Of a DNA stretch of 47,628 nt, positions 17,604 to 28,956 are shown one piece after another. The notes under the pieces were generated by a model. That model did not search any database. It had not been told where the DNA came from and saw nothing but the letters and a program-made list of their open reading frames with translations. The first letter of the stretch is position 1. Every line of letters starts with the position of its first letter. A program made the translations under genes and the position numbers. This DNA is from Candidatus Saccharimonadales bacterium (lineage in GTDB: Bacteria; Patescibacteriota; Saccharimonadia; Saccharimonadales; JAUPVS01): assembly GCA_039920385.1 (NCBI GenBank), contig JBDSDR010000019.1, positions 1-47,628 on the forward strand, in the 5' to 3' direction.

Positions 17604-18992
17604 ATGGCACAACTCGCTCCCGACCAACCACGTATCATGGGCTCCGAAATGGAGTACGGTTTAATTTCTTATGACAAATACGATAGTCTGCTAATGGATT
17701 GGCCAGGCAAAGATACCTTTCGACTCGGCCTGCCAAAAAGCTACATCCAGAGGAGTTTGTTCTTAGCCAATGGCGCTCGCTTTTATATCGATGTCGGTAA
17801 CCACCCGGAGTACGCTACCCCGGAATGCAACGATCTGGATGATCTAATTGCCCATGAATTTGCCGGTGAGGCAATTGCCTACCAAACTTTTAGTCAAATT
17901 GCCGCCAAAGACAACACCCCAGTTGAGCGCTTTAGGCTCAATAAGAGTGTGGTTGATGATAATGATAACTACTGGGGCTACCACGAAAACTACCAATCGG
18001 CTGGTATCGAACAAAAGGCTTTTCGAGAAAATGTCGTCCCTTTACTAGCAATTCACATTGCCACGCGAGGCAGTTTATTTGGGGCCGGCCACGCTGGAGT
18101 ACAGTATCAAACCACCCAGAAAGGCTTAGCGGTTCGTACTTTAACAGATGGCGCCGCTAATTCGATTGACTCACGACCTTTAATCGACAGCAACCGCTCG
18201 GAACCTCATGCCGACGGCGAAGAATGGCGCCGCATCCACATAACATCTGGTGACCCTAACATGTTGCCCTGGCCAACCTGGATGAAATTTGGCACCACCT
18301 CAGTTGTCTTACGCATGATCGAAGCTGGTGTTAATTTAGATGATCTGCGCCTTGCTCAACCGGTCGAAGCCGTCCATACGGTTAGTCGTGATACCGACCT
18401 AAAAGCCAACCTGTCACTAAAAAACGGCCGTAATACGACGGCCTTAGAGATTCAGACCGAACTAGCCAAACGGGCCGCCAAGTTTGCCGAAAGTCACCCC
18501 CTAAGCGATCAAGAAATGGATGTTATCCAAGAATGGCAAGCTGCTTGTGCCGACCTCCAACAAGATTCCGATCTCTGTTATGGTCGAGTCGAATGGGTAA
18601 CCAAGCAAACTGTTTTGGCGGCCTTTACGATGCGCAACCAAATAAGCTACGAAAGTCCAAAACTAAACCTGCCAATCAACTTATGGACCAACCTCGACCC
18701 TAACCAAAAGGGCGGCGCCCGAAAACTACGTAACAGTGGTCTACTACCAAAAATGCCAACTGCCGAGGCTATCGAATACGCCATTAACCACGCCCCGGCC
18801 ACCCGGGCAAGCCTACGTGGCCGTGTCGTATTGGCGCTCTGTAAAGCCAATATGCAGGGGGTAGTAAATTGGGCGAAAATTAATATTTCTAACGAAGACT
18901 ACGACTTACCCGACCCTAGCCAAACCGAAAATCCCGAAATCGAAGAACTGATTAGAAAAATTCTGGCTGAGGCCGAACCAGCCCTTGCATAA
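17604..18992 (+). CDS. pafA: Pup-protein ligase PafA-like (Pup ligase/deamidase, glutamine-synthetase fold)
   Basis: RIMGSEMEYG, FLANGARFYIDVGNHPEYATPEC, YWGYHENY, SRPLID..R.EPHAD, RRIHI..GDPNM, MKFGTT, EW.TK, P.TRA.LRG, VNW. These are colinear with actinobacterial PafA; there is no Dop loop. Confidence 0.85.
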   Translation: MAQLAPDQPRIMGSEMEYGLISYDKYDSLLMDWPGKDTFRLGLPKSYIQRSLFLANGARFYIDVGNHPEYATPECNDLDDLIAHEFAGEAIAYQTFSQIAAKDNTPVERFRLNKSVVDDNDNYWGYHENYQSAGIEQKAFRENVVPLLAIHIATRGSLFGAGHAGVQYQTTQKGLAVRTLTDGAANSIDSRPLIDSNRSEPHADGEEWRRIHITSGDPNMLPWPTWMKFGTTSVVLRMIEAGVNLDDLRLAQPVEAVHTVSRDTDLKANLSLKNGRNTTALEIQTELAKRAAKFAESHPLSDQEMDVIQEWQAACADLQQDSDLCYGRVEWVTKQTVLAAFTMRNQISYESPKLNLPINLWTNLDPNQKGGARKLRNSGLLPKMPTAEAIEYAINHAPATRASLRGRVVLALCKANMQGVVNWAKINISNEDYDLPDPSQTENPEIEELIRKILAEAEPALA

Positions 18993-19013
18993 CGGAGTAA
19001 AATTAGCTATACT
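18985..19013 (+). promoter_or_regulatory. Sigma70 promoter of tRNA-Gly
   Basis: TTGCAT-17 nt-TATACT. Confidence 0.6.
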
Positions 19014-19105
19014 CTCCCTGTTCAGGTGAGCATGGCAGGGCCACACAATAGCCCAAACAGCCAGCAAATATATGCCGGTATGGCTTAGTTAACAATTCAC
19101 AATAT

Positions 19106-19181
19106 GCGGGTGTAGCTCAGTTGATAGAGCGCTTCCTTGCCAAGGAAGAGGCCAGGAGTTTGAGTCTCCTCACCCGCACCA
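19106..19181 (+). tRNA. tRNA-Gly(GCC)
   Basis: GCGGGTG...CACCCGC-A-CCA. Anticodon arm CTTCC-TTGCCAA-GGAAG; A19/U56 and A73. Confidence 0.93.
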
Positions 19182-19188
19182 AAGAAAC

Positions 19189-19217
19189 AGTCCTAGCTTG
19201 CCTAGGGCTTTTTCTTT
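19189..19217 (+). terminator. Terminator after tRNA-Gly
   Basis: AGTCCTAG-CTTGC-CTAGGGCT followed by TTTTCTTT. Confidence 0.7.
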
Positions 19218-19355
19218 GGTCATGGATAAGACTTAAACTCCAGCCCGCAGGGCGAGTTTGATAATTGGAAGCTCTCGCAGAAGCTTGCTTCGAGAAAGCT
19301 GAACAATTTCCGGTTTGTCTCCTTGCGACACGATTGAAATACAAATCTATACTAC

Positions 19356-19385
19356 TTGACATGATACCCCCGGGGGGTATACGAT
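19356..19385 (+). promoter_or_regulatory. csoR promoter with CsoR-type operator between -35 and -10
   Basis: TTGACA-18 nt-TACGAT. Perfect inverted repeat ATACCCCC-G-GGGGGTAT (19364-19380) matches C/G-tract CsoR operators; ATG 6 nt after the -10. Confidence 0.85.
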
Positions 19386-19391
19386 AAGACC

Positions 19392-19676
19392 ATGATTACA
19401 GAATTAAAGAAACGTGCACTGCACCGTGCCAAGATACTAGAAGGTCAAATGCGTGGTGTCCAAAAAATGATTGAGAACGAAGATTATTGTATGGACATAC
19501 TTACGCAAAGTCTGGCCATCCAAAAATCTATCGGTTCACTTAATAAACTAATACTCGAAAATCACATCCGTACCCACATCAAAGAAAGTCTTAGTTCCGA
19601 TTCAGAAAAAGCCCAACAACAAGCTCTTGAGGAGTTATTGGGTTTATATGAGTTATCAAATATTAGAAGTAAATAA
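19392..19676 (+). CDS. csoR: CsoR/RcnR-family metal-sensing repressor
   Basis: R.K.LEGQ.RG...M.E...YC.DIL.Q..A...ENH; operator directly upstream. Confidence 0.88.
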   Translation: MITELKKRALHRAKILEGQMRGVQKMIENEDYCMDILTQSLAIQKSIGSLNKLILENHIRTHIKESLSSDSEKAQQQALEELLGLYELSNIRSK

Positions 19677-19686
19677 GGGGGTCATC

Positions 19687-20121
19687 ATGAATAAAGAAAA
19701 TCTAATGTTTGGGGTAATCGGATTGCTTTTAGGCGTTGTAATTGCAGGTTTTGCTGCCGGTCAAGCTGTAAATAATAACCATACCGGACTGATGGGTATG
19801 ATGGGTATGAACACTTCAAACAAGCAACAAGTTGCAACCGATCATAGCACCATGTCTATGGCTGATATGAGCAAGCAACTACAAGGTCTAAACGGTGATG
19901 ATTACGACAAAGCCTTTATCGAAATGATGATTGATCACCACGAAGGCGCCGTTGATATGGCCAGGCTTTCAGACACTAGCGCAAAACACGATGAAATAAA
20001 ACAACTCAGCAAAAACATCATCGTAGCTCAAGAAAAAGAAATTGCCGAGATGAAGCAATGGCAACAAAATTGGGGCTATTCCAGTAACGAAATGATGAAT
20101 ATGATGCATAGCGGCCACTAG
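19687..20121 (+). CDS. DUF305 (ferritin-like, CopM-type) Met/His-rich exported metal-binding protein
   Basis: N-terminal TM; DKAFIEMMIDHHEGAVDMA...IIVAQEKEIAEM. Confidence 0.85.
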   Translation: MNKENLMFGVIGLLLGVVIAGFAAGQAVNNNHTGLMGMMGMNTSNKQQVATDHSTMSMADMSKQLQGLNGDDYDKAFIEMMIDHHEGAVDMARLSDTSAKHDEIKQLSKNIIVAQEKEIAEMKQWQQNWGYSSNEMMNMMHSGH

Positions 20122-20122
20122 A

Positions 20123-22120
20123 ATGGATCACTCACAGCACAATCATCAAGACCACGACAAACACGCTGGTCACTCAGTAGCTATGTTCAGAGACAAGTTT
20201 TGGCTTAGCCTCATCCTGACTATACCCGTTTTGGCTTATTCCGAGATGATACAAGATTGGGTAGGCTTCACGCCGCCAGTCTTCCTTGGTTCGCAATATG
20301 TACCATTCGTGTTTAGTACCATCATCTTCTTTTATGGTGGGTTAGTCTTCATCAAGGGCGCTGTAGCAGAAATAAGATCTAGATTACCGGGTATGATGAC
20401 GCTTATCAGCCTGGCGATTATCACGGCCTATACTTACAGCGTTGCAACCCAGTTCTTTATAAGTGGCGACGGTTTCTTTTGGGAACTGGCTACACTTGTA
20501 ACCATTATGTTACTAGGGCATTGGCTCGAAATGGCCTCGGTTGCCAAGGCCGAAAACGCCCTTGATGCAATTTCTAAATTACTCCCCGATACAGCCGAAA
20601 AACTAGTAGACGGTAAGCCCAAACAGGTGCTAGTTAGTGAACTAAAAGTTGGCGACCTAGTATTAATCCGACCTGGTTCAAGCATACCTGTTGACGGCCT
20701 AATTGTTGACGGCAAATCGGCTGTTGACGAAGCGGCTATTACTGGCGAAAGCAGACCCGTAAGCAAAACCGCGGGTGATGAAGTCATTGCTGGCACTGGC
20801 AATCAGGACGGTTCACTAACTGTAAAAGTTACAAGGCTTGGTCAGGACACCGCCCTGGCTGGCATTATGCGGTTAGTGGCCGAGGCCCAAACCTCAAAGT
20901 CTAGCGTCCAAGTGTTAGCTGACAAAGCGGCTTTTTATCTGACAATTGTCGCCATCGCCACAGCGATTGTCACATTCATATATTGGCTAATAGCCAAGGA
21001 CGCAAGTTTTGCGCTAGAGCGGTCGGTAACGGTACTGATAATTGCTTGTCCGCACGCCCTTGGCTTAGCTATCCCACTCGTGGTGTCTATATCTACTGCC
21101 TTATCGGCTCGCAATGGTTTGCTGGTTCGCAAACGGCTAGCCCTAGAGTCGGCCCGAAAACTAGACTGGGTCTTGTTTGATAAAACCGGCACTTTAACCA
21201 AGGGTGAACATGGCGTTACTGATATTTGGGCAACTACTGGCTACAGCAAGGAAGATATTCTGCACCTAACTGCTAGCCTTGAGCAAAACAGTGAACATAT
21301 TGTCGGTAAAGGTATTGTCCAAAAAGCCGCAGAGCAACACGTCCATCTAGATAAAGTTAGCAATTTTAAGGCCTTACCTGGCCTCGGGGTTCAGGGCACA
21401 TTACATGGCAAAGACACCTTTATTGCCGCTAGCTACCGCTATATTGAAGAAAACAAGCTGACCGTTCCGGCCGAAATAGCAACCGCCGTTAAGCAAGCTG
21501 CTAAGCAAGGCAAAACCGAGGTGTACTTGATCACCAATAAAAAGGTCGTTGGTGCCTTAGGGCTAGCCGATATCGTACGAGACCAATCAAAACAAGCTAT
21601 CAAAACACTCAAAGAAATGGGAATAAAGACGGCGATGATTACCGGCGACAGTGGCGAAGTTGCTGCTTACGTGTCGAAGCAACTCGGTTTAGACCAATAC
21701 TTTGCAGAAGTTAGGCCAGAAGATAAAGCCGCTAAAGTCAAAGCATTGCAGCAGGATGGCCAAAAGGTAGCCATGGTTGGCGATGGTATCAACGATGCGC
21801 CTGCCCTGACGCAAGCCGAAATTGGCATAGCCATTGGTGCGGGTACCGATGTAGCCATAAAATCGGCGGATATTATCTTAATAAAAAATGATCCGCAAGA
21901 TGTTGTAAAGGTGATCAACTTGTCAAAAGCGACTTACAAAAAGATGCAGCAAAATCTGGCCTGGGCAACTGGCTACAATATACTCGCCATACCATTAGCC
22001 GCTGGCGTGCTTTATGGAGTGGGTATTGTTTTGGCGCCCGCTGTTGGTGCAATTCTGATGTCGGTTTCAACAATTGTAGTGGCTTTCAATGCCCAGCTAT
22101 TAAGAAGCACAAAACTGTAA
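20123..22120 (+). CDS. copB: Copper-exporting P1B-3 type ATPase
   Basis: His-rich N-terminus, [33 protein letters not shown] and MSVST. Confidence 0.93.
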   Translation: MDHSQHNHQDHDKHAGHSVAMFRDKFWLSLILTIPVLAYSEMIQDWVGFTPPVFLGSQYVPFVFSTIIFFYGGLVFIKGAVAEIRSRLPGMMTLISLAIITAYTYSVATQFFISGDGFFWELATLVTIMLLGHWLEMASVAKAENALDAISKLLPDTAEKLVDGKPKQVLVSELKVGDLVLIRPGSSIPVDGLIVDGKSAVDEAAITGESRPVSKTAGDEVIAGTGNQDGSLTVKVTRLGQDTALAGIMRLVAEAQTSKSSVQVLADKAAFYLTIVAIATAIVTFIYWLIAKDASFALERSVTVLIIACPHALGLAIPLVVSISTALSARNGLLVRKRLALESARKLDWVLFDKTGTLTKGEHGVTDIWATTGYSKEDILHLTASLEQNSEHIVGKGIVQKAAEQHVHLDKVSNFKALPGLGVQGTLHGKDTFIAASYRYIEENKLTVPAEIATAVKQAAKQGKTEVYLITNKKVVGALGLADIVRDQSKQAIKTLKEMGIKTAMITGDSGEVAAYVSKQLGLDQYFAEVRPEDKAAKVKALQQDGQKVAMVGDGINDAPALTQAEIGIAIGAGTDVAIKSADIILIKNDPQDVVKVINLSKATYKKMQQNLAWATGYNILAIPLAAGVLYGVGIVLAPAVGAILMSVSTIVVAFNAQLLRSTKL

Positions 22121-22258
22121 ACAGGGCAGTTCCTCTTAAAGTCGATGGCTTCATTTCGCATACTTAATATGTAGCCAAGAACCTATACAACAACCACTCT
22201 TGTATCTAGAGACTTGTAAGTAATGAAGTTATACTTTCGTTAAAATATAAACTTTATT

Positions 22259-22278
22259 GACACTTCGGTGTCTTTTTT
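22259..22278 (+). terminator. Terminator downstream of copB
   Basis: GACAC-TTCG-GTGTC followed by TTTTTT. Confidence 0.7.
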
Positions 22279-22355
22279 CCTTTAGGATAGGTATAATGGT
22301 CAGGCGTTACTATAAGCAAGCTACGCAATAATAATCAACTTCAGGGGAGATAAAC

Positions 22356-22547
22356 ATGGCTACAGGATATTGCGTTAAGTGTAAGGAAAAAGGTGTTGAA
22401 TTATCATCACCAGAAATCGTTCAAACTGCCAAAGGTGGCTTTATGGCCAAGGGCAAGCATGAAAAATGCGGAACAACTGTCTGTGCAATGATGTCTAAGG
22501 ACAACGCCGAAAAAGAAGTCCAAAACGGCGCCAAAAAAGCTTACTAA
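22356..22547 (+). CDS. DUF5679-like small Zn-ribbon protein
   Basis: YCVKCK...KGKHEKCGT; GGGGAG SD. Confidence 0.75.
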   Translation: MATGYCVKCKEKGVELSSPEIVQTAKGGFMAKGKHEKCGTTVCAMMSKDNAEKEVQNGAKKAY

Positions 22548-22589
22548 GTTTCTTGCAAAGTTAGCTCGCTGCCCATCAAGCAGTATTTT

Positions 22590-22610
22590 AAACCGCCTTC
22601 GGGCGGTTTT
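22590..22610. terminator. Terminator between convergent genes
   Basis: AAACCGCC-TTCG-GGCGGTTT. Confidence 0.8.
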
Positions 22611-22623
22611 CTATTTGGAATGT

Positions 22624-23184
22624 TTAGTAAGAGACTTTAAATGTAAGGCTGGTTCTCGCTGGCGTGGTTTTTTCAACCTTTATTCTTTCCAACTTAATCT
22701 TGTCAGTATCAATATTCTCAAATAGCCTAAGGCCTTTTCCGAGCAGGATCGGCATAACATCTATTCCCAACTCATCGCACAACCCCGAGTTTAGAGCCTG
22801 CTGAATCGTATCACCACCACCGATTATTTGCACCATCTTGTCACCAGCCGCCTTTTTAGCTTTATTAATCGCACTCTCGATTCCATCAGTTACAAAGTTG
22901 AGGCTAAGTTTATCGTTGCCTTTAGGAAACTTGGCCGGTGGGTTATGCGTCAGGATAAATATTGGCACCTGAAATTCATAATCATCATTAATCCATAAAA
23001 ATGGATCGGCCATTTCATAAGTGTGGCGACCCATAATGACCGCTCCGGTATTGTCTACCATCTCTTTAAACGATGGTGCTGCCAGCAATTCTTCAAAATC
23101 TGGGCTCAGGCTCTGGGCGCTACCGTTATGGTCATTCATAAAGCCGTCGAGAGATATTGTCATTCCAGCCAGTACTTTTGCCAT
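22624..23184 (-). CDS. RibD C-terminal / dihydrofolate reductase-family protein
   Basis: ISLDGF, GAVIMGRHTYE, IIGGG, DELGIDVMPILLGKGLRLF. Confidence 0.9.
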   Translation of the reverse strand: MAKVLAGMTISLDGFMNDHNGSAQSLSPDFEELLAAPSFKEMVDNTGAVIMGRHTYEMADPFLWINDDYEFQVPIFILTHNPPAKFPKGNDKLSLNFVTDGIESAINKAKKAAGDKMVQIIGGGDTIQQALNSGLCDELGIDVMPILLGKGLRLFENIDTDKIKLERIKVEKTTPARTSLTFKVSY

Positions 23185-23334
23185 AGATAACCTTTCTTAT
23201 TACATTACATTCGCTACCAAAATTATATCAACCAATCGACTATTTCTTATAATCGCACCATACTATTTCAAACATACCCAAACCAAAATCGGTCAAGCAC
23301 CTAATGTTATTATTCGTGCTAAGATATTACGGTA

Positions 23335-23751
23335 ATGAATTTCCCTGACATCCATAAACTCGCTACAACGCCTGTGCTTGATGTTGTCCGATTAGTGTCG
23401 ATGAAAAATGGCGAAGTCCTACTGGTTAGAGAGTCCGATGACCCTAATTGGAAGCTGCCGGGTGGTAAAATCCACGCCGCTGAAACCATCTTCCAGGCCG
23501 TCGTCCGCGAAATCGACGAAGAGCTTGGCTACGCAACCCAAGAAGCAGACCTACTCAAATACCACCCCACGACTATCCCGCATAGTCCTAATATTCGACA
23601 TATCTTTTTAATGCGCCAACTGGCCGACAACGAGATTAAGCCCACCGAGGACGTTGAAGAAGCCAAATATTTTCCGGCTAATAATCTGCCTGAGACTAAG
23701 TTTAAGGAACACATCACCAGCGCTATTCAGTTTGTGGCTGGTTCAAAGTAA
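23335..23751 (+). CDS. NUDIX hydrolase
   Basis: WKLPGGKIHAAETIFQAVVREIDEELGY. Confidence 0.88.
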   Translation: MNFPDIHKLATTPVLDVVRLVSMKNGEVLLVRESDDPNWKLPGGKIHAAETIFQAVVREIDEELGYATQEADLLKYHPTTIPHSPNIRHIFLMRQLADNEIKPTEDVEEAKYFPANNLPETKFKEHITSAIQFVAGSK

Positions 23752-24750
23752 ATGCTCGATAGAATTAAAGTCAACGGTAAATTAACCCTTATGTGGACCG
23801 AGGCCCTACGGGCATTGGTTTGCATGCTGCCAATGTTTGTCGCCACCGGTTTAGGTAAGACTACCTTCCTGGTCTCCCTCGGGCAGGGTGGCTTCTTTTT
23901 TAGTACCCTATTTTTACCTAAAAAAATCAGTGCAAGAGCAGTTATGGGCTCCCTGATCTTGGCGCTTGGCCTAGGTTTTTATTTAATTGGCGGTACTGTC
24001 GCCCCAAACCCAGTTCTGGCGATTATCTTTACATTTATGGTCTGTCTAAATCTCAGTTTTTTGAGTGGTTGGACGATTGGCGGACCGCTGGCGCTAACAT
24101 TAGTTATGATTTACACAGCCGGTTTAAATACCGGTTCGCCAGAAAAAGCATCGGCCAATTTCTTGGCATTTGCTATAGTTTTGGGCTGGTCGGCGCTGAT
24201 ATCTCTATTACCGATCTGGAAACCGGTTGAACCTCCTAAAGTTGACACCACTCAAACTAATCCGGCTTTGGCTGAGCAAGGCCTCAGAATGGCGATTGGT
24301 GCGTCTCTAGCCCTAGCAATTTCGTATGGTGCTGGATTTGCAAAGCTCGGTTGGGCGCCTAGCGCTGTCGGCAACGTGGTCCGCTATGATACTAAGTTGT
24401 CCAAAATGCGTGCTATGGCCAGGACAATTGGAACTGTCGCTGGGGCTTTACTGGCGGCCGTGGCGCTAGCCTTTGTTTCGAGTGTTTCGGTTCTGGTGGT
24501 AATCGGTGGAGTATTTGCGGTATTAAACGGGCTATTCAAAAAGACCAAGCTTGGTATGATGCCATTCTTCTACACCGCCACTATACTTTTACTATACTCA
24601 GCCAATGACTTGTCTTCCGGGAATAGTAATGTTTTGCAACGGGTTGCCTATAACTTGGTGGGGGTTATTATTGCCATCGCCGTTGTTACCTACCCTTTCC
24701 CCTACCTGATGAAGAAAGTTAACCCTAAGGGCCAACTTGGGCATCCTTAG
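23752..24750 (+). CDS. FUSC-like multi-pass membrane protein
   Basis: About 10 TM helices; RAMARTIGTVAG motif typical of FUSC_2. Confidence 0.7.
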   Translation: MLDRIKVNGKLTLMWTEALRALVCMLPMFVATGLGKTTFLVSLGQGGFFFSTLFLPKKISARAVMGSLILALGLGFYLIGGTVAPNPVLAIIFTFMVCLNLSFLSGWTIGGPLALTLVMIYTAGLNTGSPEKASANFLAFAIVLGWSALISLLPIWKPVEPPKVDTTQTNPALAEQGLRMAIGASLALAISYGAGFAKLGWAPSAVGNVVRYDTKLSKMRAMARTIGTVAGALLAAVALAFVSSVSVLVVIGGVFAVLNGLFKKTKLGMMPFFYTATILLLYSANDLSSGNSNVLQRVAYNLVGVIIAIAVVTYPFPYLMKKVNPKGQLGHP

Positions 24751-25249
24751 AACTGTCGCCACTGATTAGACTTTTGCCCGTAAAATAAAAGATTGTTGCC
24801 AAGCCGTAGGACAAACCAAGCATAACCCCTGAGTCAATAATCCCCCGCCAAGGTTGATTGAACTGCCTGACGATAATAATCAAAATAATAATCCCGAGCG
24901 TAAGTAGCCAGGTTCGTTTTAGACGCTTACGGGTAGCGTGGAAATAACCCATACAAAAGATGGGCGCTAAAATTAAGTCGATTAACTTAGGTTTCCCGTG
25001 CAGTAGGTACATGACTCGGGCGGCTACCATTGGCGAGAACTGTTTTTGGAACCCTCGATAGCCTTCGGTAATAATCATAAAAGCGCACCAGATCACTAGT
25101 ACCAGCCAGTGCTGCCAGCCAAACTTATATTCAAGCGACCTAGCAAAATATGGCACCATCCGCACTATAGCCTCAATAAATATTAGCGATACTCCCAAAA
25201 TCGCCCAGAAAGCCGCTAGTTTTCTAATAAAGTTTTTGGGTTGATTCAT
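24725..25249 (-). CDS. Hypothetical membrane protein
   Basis: 4-5 TM helices (EGYRGFQKQFSP, PWRGIIDSG); TGtTACTAT 6 nt before the ATG. Confidence 0.75.
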   Translation of the reverse strand: MNQPKNFIRKLAAFWAILGVSLIFIEAIVRMVPYFARSLEYKFGWQHWLVLVIWCAFMIITEGYRGFQKQFSPMVAARVMYLLHGKPKLIDLILAPIFCMGYFHATRKRLKRTWLLTLGIIILIIIVRQFNQPWRGIIDSGVMLGLSYGLATIFYFTGKSLISGDSSKDAQVGP

Positions 25250-25341
25250 CGATTAATAGTAACATCCTAGAAGCCCAAAAGCTTAACTGTGGTAGCCCCT
25301 GGTTCTAACAGATGATACAATAGGCACGTTACCATTACTTT

Positions 25342-25415
25342 GGCGCCGTGGCGGAGTGGTTACGCAGCGGTCTGCAAAACCGCGTACACCGGTTCAAATC
25401 CGGTCGGTGCCTCCA
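25342..25415 (+). tRNA. tRNA-Cys(GCA)
   Basis: GGCGCCG...CGGTGCC-T-CCA; anticodon arm GCGGT-CTGCAAA-ACCGC. Confidence 0.95.
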
Positions 25416-25431
25416 TTAATCTAGGATTACT

Positions 25432-25821
25432 ATGAAATCAGTTGTTGTCTGCGGTTCAAAAAGATACAAGAAAGAAATTGCTGCCTTCTGTAAGCAGCTC
25501 GAAAAACTTGGTGTCCTCTGTTTTGAACCAAGCATTCAACAACCAATACATGAAGATGCCCTGATTAGTAATGAGTACGTAACATCTAAAGTTTTCAAAG
25601 GACTAACCCTTGAACATTTTGATTGGATTAGAAAAGCCGAAGTCTGCTATATCTTTAACAAAGATGATTATTGCGGCATTAGTGTCAGTATGGAGATGGG
25701 CTATGCAGCTGCTTTGGGCAAGCCAATTATTGCCTTATCTCCCAAAACTGGCGATCCAACCCGCGACACATTAATCGATAAAGTAGTTACCACACCTAAA
25801 CAGCTAGCCAGTTTACTTTAA
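25432..25821 (+). CDS. Nucleoside 2-deoxyribosyltransferase-like protein
   Basis: VVVCGS N-terminal strand, HFDWIRKAE.., G.SVSMEMGYA..LGKPI (conserved Glu). Confidence 0.65.
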   Translation: MKSVVVCGSKRYKKEIAAFCKQLEKLGVLCFEPSIQQPIHEDALISNEYVTSKVFKGLTLEHFDWIRKAEVCYIFNKDDYCGISVSMEMGYAAALGKPIIALSPKTGDPTRDTLIDKVVTTPKQLASLL

Positions 25822-25872
25822 AGCACTACTGTACTCGTGCAGCTACTCTGTTATAATACCTTCGTTAGTTTT

Positions 25873-25960
25873 GGGCGAGTGGCGGAATTGGTATACGCGA
25901 CGGACTTAAAATCCGTTGGCTGAATAAGCCTTGTGGGTTCAAGTCCCACCTCGCCCACCA
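25873..25960 (+). tRNA. tRNA-Leu(TAA)
   Basis: GGGCGAG...CTCGCCC-A-CCA; anticodon arm ACGGA-CTTAAAA-TCCGT; long variable arm. Confidence 0.95.
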
Positions 25961-25961
25961 T

Positions 25962-25992
25962 AAGAGATCAGTCTGTGAACGGCTGGTCTCTT
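25962..25992. terminator. Bidirectional terminator between tRNA-Leu and ligA
   Basis: AAGAGATCAGTC-loop-GGCTGGTCTCTT followed by a T-rich run. Confidence 0.7.
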
Positions 25993-28955
<2,963 letters not shown>

Positions 28956-28956
28956 A

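Noticed and set aside
17604-18992. Call as Dop deamidase rather than PafA
   Set aside because: No Dop-loop insertion after beta-1, and the motif is YIDVGNHPEY (PafA-type), not YVDHAHPEY.
19117-19362. 81-aa minus-strand ORF, and ORFs 16595..16810 and 16733..16969
   Set aside because: They overlap tRNA genes and are spurious translations.
19182-25341. A discrete integrated island from tRNA-Gly to tRNA-Cys
   Set aside because: Content looks accessory, but I found no duplicated tRNA 3' end or integrase, so boundaries cannot be supported.
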